In this document: in pieces, positions 58,472-64,000 of the stretch
Layout of the letters: the number at the start of each line of letters is the position of its first letter
Position numbering within the stretch: the first letter of the stretch is position 1
NCBI GenBank assembly: GCA_045562535.1
Contig: JBJKVP010000004.1
Span: 77,070-141,069, forward strand
Reading direction: 5' to 3'
DNA from: Dehalococcoidia bacterium
GTDB taxonomy: Bacteria > Chloroflexota > Dehalococcoidia > UBA6926
Length of the DNA: 64,000 nt
The notes under the pieces: generated by a model
Told to the model about the DNA's origin: nothing
Database searches by the model: none
Seen by the model: the letters and a program-made list of their open reading frames with translations, nothing else
Program-made: the position numbers and the translations under genes

Positions 58472-59953
58472 TCAAATTTGAGGTGCTCTGTCATGCCAAT
58501 TAGTTGCTTGTTCAAAGGAATAGGCAGTTCTCAGTAATTTCTCTTCAGCCAAAGCTCCACCCATTAAATGTAATCCTATAGGTAATCCATCGGAAAAGCC
58601 ACATACGAGACTTATAGCAGGTATTCCTGCAATGTTTGCGGGTATCGTACACATATCACTTCTATACATTTCCAAAGGATCACTTAATTTCGCACCCAGC
58701 TCAAATGGAAGAGTGGGTGTCGTAGGAGTAACTAAAATATCGTATTTCTTAAATGCTTGTTCAAACTCAGATTTTATAAGCGTACGAACTTCCTGCGCTT
58801 TTTTGTAGTAAGCATCATAGTACCCGGCTGAAAGAGCGTATGTCCCTAAAAATATTCTGCGTTTTACTTCCGAACCAAATCCTATGCCGCGAGTATTCTC
58901 CATAGCCTCCCACATAGATCCTTCACCATCCCATGAATAGCCATATTTTACGCCATCATATCGAGCTAGATTGGAAGAAGCTTCGGAAGGGGCAAGTATA
59001 TAATATGCCGCCATCGCATATTTTGTTGAGGGCAAAGAAACATCCCAATCCACGATGGCTCCCAAATCTTCAAATTGAGAAACCGCCTTCATTACCGCAT
59101 CACTTACAGGAGCATCTACCCAATCACCAAACATCTCTTTTATTACACCTATTTTCATGCCTGATATGTCTTCAGTAATCGATGCAGTATAATCTGTGTT
59201 GTTGTTTTCCAACGATTTTAAAGATGTTGAGTCCATGGGGTCATACCCCGATATTACGTTCAAAACCATAGCAGAATCCATAACATTTTTTCCAACAGGT
59301 CCGATTTGATCTAATGACGAAGCAAAAGCAACTAAACCGTATCTGCTAACCAAGCCGTAAGTTGGTTTCATTCCTACAACCCCGCAAAAAGCCGCAGGTT
59401 GCCTAATTGAACCACCTGTATCAGATCCCAAAGCAAATAAACTTTCTCCTGCAGATACTATGGCGGCGGATCCGCCTGAAGAACCACCTGGAACTCTTTG
59501 TAAATCCCATGGATTATGTGTTGGGTGAAAAGCTGAGTTCTCAGTCGAAGACCCCATTGCAAATTCATCCATATTGGCCTTCCCTACCAAAACAGCCCCA
59601 GAATCGATTAATTTCTGTACTGCAGTAGCAGTATAAGGAGGGACAAAATTCTCCAATATCTTGGAAGCACAAGTTGTTGGAACACCAGTCATACACATAT
59701 TATCTTTAATAACTCCAGGAATACCGGTCATAGGAGTAAAATCGCCAGATTGTATTCGTTTATCCGCTCGCTCGGCGCTTGCAATCGCATCTACCTCATT
59801 TATATGCAGAAATCCTTTTACTTTAGGTTCTACTTGCTGAATTCGCCCAATAACTGATTTCGTTAATTCAACGGAAGAAATTTCCCTCTTAGCTAGTAGA
59901 GATGATGCCTCACTTATCGTCATCTCATATAAATCATTAGTTTTCATCGTCAA
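58472..59953 (-). CDS. gatA: Glutamyl-tRNA(Gln)/aspartyl-tRNA(Asn) amidotransferase subunit A
   Basis: 493 aa with the amidase signature (GGSSGGSAAIV, a Ser-cisSer-Lys triad region). Confidence 0.9.
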   Translation of the reverse strand: MTMKTNDLYEMTISEASSLLAKREISSVELTKSVIGRIQQVEPKVKGFLHINEVDAIASAERADKRIQSGDFTPMTGIPGVIKDNMCMTGVPTTCASKILENFVPPYTATAVQKLIDSGAVLVGKANMDEFAMGSSTENSAFHPTHNPWDLQRVPGGSSGGSAAIVSAGESLFALGSDTGGSIRQPAAFCGVVGMKPTYGLVSRYGLVAFASSLDQIGPVGKNVMDSAMVLNVISGYDPMDSTSLKSLENNNTDYTASITEDISGMKIGVIKEMFGDWVDAPVSDAVMKAVSQFEDLGAIVDWDVSLPSTKYAMAAYYILAPSEASSNLARYDGVKYGYSWDGEGSMWEAMENTRGIGFGSEVKRRIFLGTYALSAGYYDAYYKKAQEVRTLIKSEFEQAFKKYDILVTPTTPTLPFELGAKLSDPLEMYRSDMCTIPANIAGIPAISLVCGFSDGLPIGLHLMGGALAEEKLLRTAYSFEQATNWHDRAPQI

Positions 59954-60275
59954 AAACTCCCCTCACCCTAACGTATCCTTCTTGAGATAAAGGGGCATTA
60001 TCAAGAACTTGTTCACGGCTCATAGATTCAGCAGATAAATCATCTCGGTAAACATTTGAAATACCTGATATATGACGTGTTGCTTCAACATTGTCAGTAT
60101 CCGCTTCAGAAAGTATCCCAATGCTATTCAATATATCATTCAACTGAGAATTTAGAGTTTTCAACTCTTCCTCGCTGAAAGACACTCGGGAAAGTTCAGC
60201 AATATGTCTGAGTTCGTCAATATTCAATATCTGGTCATTATCGTTCGATTCTTTCATCTTATAATTTCCAATCAC
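59937..60275 (-). CDS. gatC: Glutamyl-tRNA(Gln)/aspartyl-tRNA(Asn) amidotransferase subunit C
   Basis: 112 aa. Overlaps the gatA start. HIAELSRVSFSEEELKTLNSQLNDIL is GatC-like. Confidence 0.8.
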   Translation of the reverse strand: MIGNYKMKESNDNDQILNIDELRHIAELSRVSFSEEELKTLNSQLNDILNSIGILSEADTDNVEATRHISGISNVYRDDLSAESMSREQVLDNAPLSQEGYVRVRGVFDDEN

Positions 60276-60292
60276 TCCATTAACTTATTGAA

Positions 60293-61213
60293 CTATATTT
60301 GATGTTCGGGATCCACAAGTGAATCTAAATTGGTCCATGCAAGCTGTGTCGCGGGATGAGTTTCTCCTCTGGTATTACGAAGGATCTGGTAGGACCTATC
60401 GTACAGTTTTCTTGCACCCTCAAGATCACCCATGTACTGTAATATTCCTCCGAGATTATTCGCTCGAATCGCAACCATTGAATTATCGGGCCCGTACGCC
60501 GATTCATCAATCTTCAAAGCTCGCTCATAGTAGTGCTTTGCCTGCTCCATTTCGCCTAAATCCCTCATGATTCCTCCCAGGTTATTAGTAACCGCAGCAA
60601 CACGAGGATGATCAGGTCCTAAAATTTCTTCATCTACAGTAAGAGCCTTTTCGTACAACTCTCGGGCGAGTTCCAGATCACCCATCTCATGAGCGAGCCC
60701 ACCCAAATTATTAACTACTGCAGAAACATCAGCGTGCTTGGGGCCATGAATTGATTGCAGGACACTCAGAGCACGATCAAAGTATTTTTTTGAAGTTTTT
60801 GTATGCCCTAATTCTTGCATCACTCCGCCAAGATTATTCAGTATGGTTGCAACAGTGGTATTTTCAGGTTCTTCTAGGGACTCAGCAATCTTCAAAGCTT
60901 TCTCGTAATGCTCTCTTGCCCCTCCCATATCGCCTAATTCTTGAAAAACGCTCGCAAGATCATTAAGGTCGACAGATACTGTAGCATGCTCTATACCTAA
61001 TGTTTTTTCGTCAATGGTCAACACTTTTTGGGAATACTCCCATGCTGAAAGTGGATCGCTTTCTTCCCTAGCAATTCGCGATAAATTCCTCAAAGCAGCG
61101 GTCACTTTCATATGATCCTCGTGCTCTTGCTTATCGTAACTTTCTACTATCTCCAAATAATGCTCTTTTGCTTCAGTATTTGAAGAGAAGTTCATAGAAT
61201 CCTCAGATGACAT
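60293..61213 (-). CDS. Tetratricopeptide-repeat protein (TPR_12 / kinesin-light-chain-like repeats)
   Basis: At least six 42-aa repeats of the form A-x-x-Y-E-K/R-A-L-x-I...LG-x-x-HP. Confidence 0.75.
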   Translation of the reverse strand: MSSEDSMNFSSNTEAKEHYLEIVESYDKQEHEDHMKVTAALRNLSRIAREESDPLSAWEYSQKVLTIDEKTLGIEHATVSVDLNDLASVFQELGDMGGAREHYEKALKIAESLEEPENTTVATILNNLGGVMQELGHTKTSKKYFDRALSVLQSIHGPKHADVSAVVNNLGGLAHEMGDLELARELYEKALTVDEEILGPDHPRVAAVTNNLGGIMRDLGEMEQAKHYYERALKIDESAYGPDNSMVAIRANNLGGILQYMGDLEGARKLYDRSYQILRNTRGETHPATQLAWTNLDSLVDPEHQI

Positions 61214-61430
61214 ATAATTTCCCTTTATTCATTTAAAGTATTCCTTTTGTATCACTCTCTCGAGAGCTCATTGTAAACCTTAGTATATTCAATTAACTCC
61301 ACTTGCTGGGCATCATAACCAAGATTAAATCAAAAACAACAATTTAATAATATAAGATTTATTAGTTCAGTGGTAGAATATACCTTATTAGTTAGTTATT
61401 AATGATGGCGATTTACTAATTAAATCAATT

Positions 61431-63674
61431 ATGGGAGAAGGTATTATTATGTGTGCAAAAAAAGTTGTTGGAGAAGCAATAGCGAGAATCGATGGGCCAG
61501 AGAAAATTACCGGTAAAGCGTTCTACGGTTTAGACGCTAAATTGCCTGGAATGCTTTGGATGAAAATCCTAAGAAGCCCTTTCCCTCATGCTCGAATAAA
61601 AAATATTGATACTTCGGCAGCTGAGTCACTTCCTGGCGTTACTCTAGTCCTAACAGGAGAAGACTTGCAGGGCAAGTTGACCGGAAATATGATAAAAGAC
61701 CAGCCGCTACTCTGCTGGGATGAAGTTAGATTAGTTGGTGACTGTGTAGCAGCTGTAGCAGCAGTTGATGAAGATACTGCCCAGGAAGCTGTTGCCCTTA
61801 TAGACGTTGAATACGAAGAACTTCCATCAGTTATAGATGCCGTTGATGCACATTCAAGTAGTGCCCCAATATTGCATCCCGATTTTAATAACTATGTTGG
61901 AGCCCCTCCTATGGACGCCCCTGGAAACAGATACGCCGGGTTGAGCCATGAAAAAGGTGATATTGATAAAGGCTTTGATGAAGCAGATATTGTAATTGAA
62001 AATACCTATAGAACGCCTTTAACACATCCAGGATATTTAGAACCTCATGGATGCCTTGTATATATTGACGACGAAGGAATCGTACAAGTTTGGGATAATA
62101 ACGATTCTCCAAACGCAGCTCACCAAGAGCTCGCAAGAATATTCGACATCGACCCAGATAACATCAATTTCAACGTAACTTATGTGGGCGGATCTTTTGG
62201 AGGTAAATCTACAGGCATAATGGTTCCCCTAACATATGCGTTTGCAGAAAAAACAGGTCTACCAGTAAAATGGGCTTCAGATTACGACGAAGAATTTCAA
62301 AATATGACGATGCGCCACCCTGCAACAATGCGGGTTAAAGCTGGAGTAAAAAAAGACGGCACGATTACGGCTTGGGAATCGGAAATTCATTTCGCTGGTG
62401 GAGCTTATGCAGGGTACGCGCCTTTGCCTGCAATTACCGGGATCTTATCAATAGTTGGTCCGTATGATATTGCTCATGTACGGGTTAACTCTCACCAACT
62501 CTACACCAACACTTCTCCATGTACGTATGTCAGATCGCCAGGGCACCCTCAGGCTCATTTTGCCGGTGAATCACATATGGACATTCTAGCACGAGCTGTA
62601 GGAATGGACCCTTTGGATTTTAGACTCCATAACATCGTTAAAGATGGTGCAGAATACCCTACAGGTGAAGCGTGGCAAAATGTTCGAGCCGAAGATGCGT
62701 TACGTCAAGCAGCTGAATCTGCCGGATATAACAAAGCAAAAGGCAAAAACGTAGGGCGTGGAATCGCAATTGGTAGCCACAGCCAAATTGGAGCGACAGC
62801 GCACGTGGTTATGAAAGTACTTAAAACCGGGAGAGTAGAAATTAATCATCCTCTTTTTGATGGTGGCGTTGGAACGGCTACAATATTGGCTCAAATAGCC
62901 GCAGAAGAGCTAGATATACCAACCACACTTATCGATATCGCCCCTTGGTCGACCCGTGAAGGGAAAACTCCAGACATGGGTGTTGGAGGAAGCAGAGGGG
63001 CAAGAGTCTATAGTGAAGCAGGATTCGGAGCTTCCCAAGAGTTAAAAGGTAATCTAAAACGAATCGCTGCAGAATTTAATGGTTGGGATGAAGATCAGAT
63101 AATATTCGAAGATGGACACTTAGTAAATGGAGCAGACCAATCAGAGAAGATCGCTTTAGGAGATATTGCCGACCGCGTCGGGGAACCAGTTGTTGGAAGA
63201 ACCGATGAGGAACAAGGCTTTGACAGCCCTTGGACCGGTTTTGGGGTCCATGTTGTCGATGTGTCTGTAGATCCAGAAACAGCAGAATTTAAGGTGCTAA
63301 ATTATACTGCCGTACAGGAAACTGGTCGTATATTGAACACCATAGGATTTCATAGCCAAATTGAGGGAGGTATAGTTCAGTCAATTGGTTCGGCCATGAT
63401 GGAAGGCCTCTTCTTTGATGAGAGTGGTCGAGTATCAAACCCATCATTCGCAGATATGAAATTACCAACATCAAGAGATATACCGCCTTTGAACACCGTT
63501 GTATTAGAATCAGACGACGGACATGGTCAATACAAAGTTAGAGGAATAGGAGAGCATACGAATGCGATGGCTGCTCCTGCCATAGCTAACGCTATCGCGG
63601 ATGCAGTAGATGCTCGATTGTATTCTATGCCTCTAACATCTGAAAACCTGTATAACACGTTAAATACAAAATAA
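61431..63674 (+). CDS. Xanthine dehydrogenase / aldehyde oxidase / CO-dehydrogenase family molybdopterin-binding large subunit
   Basis: 747 aa. Has the Ald_Xan_dh_C N-terminal domain (GEAIARIDGPEKITGKAFY) and GGSFGGK (GGGFGGK-like), and an overall CoxL-like length. Confidence 0.85.
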   Translation: MGEGIIMCAKKVVGEAIARIDGPEKITGKAFYGLDAKLPGMLWMKILRSPFPHARIKNIDTSAAESLPGVTLVLTGEDLQGKLTGNMIKDQPLLCWDEVRLVGDCVAAVAAVDEDTAQEAVALIDVEYEELPSVIDAVDAHSSSAPILHPDFNNYVGAPPMDAPGNRYAGLSHEKGDIDKGFDEADIVIENTYRTPLTHPGYLEPHGCLVYIDDEGIVQVWDNNDSPNAAHQELARIFDIDPDNINFNVTYVGGSFGGKSTGIMVPLTYAFAEKTGLPVKWASDYDEEFQNMTMRHPATMRVKAGVKKDGTITAWESEIHFAGGAYAGYAPLPAITGILSIVGPYDIAHVRVNSHQLYTNTSPCTYVRSPGHPQAHFAGESHMDILARAVGMDPLDFRLHNIVKDGAEYPTGEAWQNVRAEDALRQAAESAGYNKAKGKNVGRGIAIGSHSQIGATAHVVMKVLKTGRVEINHPLFDGGVGTATILAQIAAEELDIPTTLIDIAPWSTREGKTPDMGVGGSRGARVYSEAGFGASQELKGNLKRIAAEFNGWDEDQIIFEDGHLVNGADQSEKIALGDIADRVGEPVVGRTDEEQGFDSPWTGFGVHVVDVSVDPETAEFKVLNYTAVQETGRILNTIGFHSQIEGGIVQSIGSAMMEGLFFDESGRVSNPSFADMKLPTSRDIPPLNTVVLESDDGHGQYKVRGIGEHTNAMAAPAIANAIADAVDARLYSMPLTSENLYNTLNTK

Positions 63675-63696
63675 TTAGTGCTATATATACGTAAAG

Positions 63697-64000
63697 GAGT
63701 ACACCATGAAGTTGGTATTTTTTGACGATTTTGTTCCTGGCGTGTTACGAGAAGGAGAAGTAGTTGATATATCTAGTGTGCTAGGTGACCTTAAAGTTGA
63801 AGACGCACAGCAAACACTTCAAAATATCATTGAAAATTTTGAACAACTAAAACCAGGTTTAGACGTAGCTTTAGATAAAGGAAAGGGCAAAGATTTAGGC
63901 ACCGTAAGATTGCGCCAACCTGTTCCAAGACCGAGCAAAATATTATGCATGATTGGTAATTACAAAGAAGGAGTTCAAAGACCTATAAGACCAATTGATA
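63697..64000 (+). CDS. Fumarylacetoacetate-hydrolase (FAH) family protein, 5' partial (runs off the window)
   Basis: N-terminal MKLVFFDDFVPGVL...PSKILCMIGNYKEG matches FAH-family N-termini. Truncated at the window edge. Confidence 0.55.

Noticed and set aside
61361-61430. tRNA-like D-arm sequence TTAGTTCAGTGGTAGAATA upstream of the XDH-family gene
   Set aside because: Hand folding gives a plausible D-arm but no anticodon stem, T-arm or acceptor pairing. Most likely a chance A-box-like match or a tRNA remnant rather than a functional tRNA.
1-64000. Mobile elements, prophage remnants, CRISPR arrays
   Set aside because: No transposase, integrase or phage-like ORFs and no periodic direct repeats. 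The tRNA-Tyr flanks are ordinary housekeeping genes. All genes show similar AT-rich composition.

Overview
This is a 64 kb segment of an AT-rich bacterial chromosome, densely packed with housekeeping genes. The gene content (HspR-ClpB, RNase HIII, GatCA, PdxST, a type I-beta DAHP synthase with an N-terminal regulatory domain, frequent near-leaderless starts) suggests a Chloroflexi- or Terrabacteria-like lineage, possibly marine, but that is uncertain. Nothing I can see points to a phage, mobile element or CRISPR array; this reads as core genome.

Gene content, in order:
- folD, acpS, nnr
- A minus-strand redox cluster: DUF606 transporter, two tandem NmrA paralogs, and a Bcp/PrxQ-like redoxin gene interrupted by an in-frame TGA.
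- coaX, coaBC, a MobA-like nucleotidyltransferase, valS, a VOC enzyme, hpt, and two half-size EamA proteins.
- An aromatic amino-acid cluster: leader peptide and terminator, DAHP synthase, tRNA-Tyr, tyrS, pheA.
- An RlmD/RumA m5U methyltransferase fused to Maf, rnhC, a phosphoesterase, gdh, and rplU-rpmA-rpmE-DUF1385.
- A his sub-operon: PduO-type adenosyltransferase, hisH, hisA, an inverted maoC, hisF, a HAD hydrolase, hisIE.
- hspR-clpB, dnaE, ogt, and a MoxR-DUF58-transglutaminase-like operon.
- Thiamine pyrophosphokinase next to a thiBPQ-like ABC importer that sits behind a TPP riboswitch.
- pdxST, a hypothetical protein plus a SpoIIIAA/Ycf45-like ATPase, tmk, an OYE reductase, and a PP2C/hydrolase/aminotransferase/Lrp/gatCA array.
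- A TPR protein, an orphan XDH-family Mo subunit, and a partial FAH gene at the window edge.

The observations most worth a second look:
1. The redoxin gene appears to be a selenoprotein with a UxxC motif and a SECIS-like hairpin.
2. A Tyr/Phe-rich leader peptide plus intrinsic terminator looks like an attenuator upstream of DAHP synthase.
3. A TPP riboswitch overlaps the mis-called start of thiB.
4. The RlmD-Maf fusion links a writer of m5U to a sanitiser of m5UTP.
5. The transglutaminase-like protein has Ser-His-Glu in place of the Cys-His-Asp triad.
6. A palindromic operator sits in the hspR promoter.
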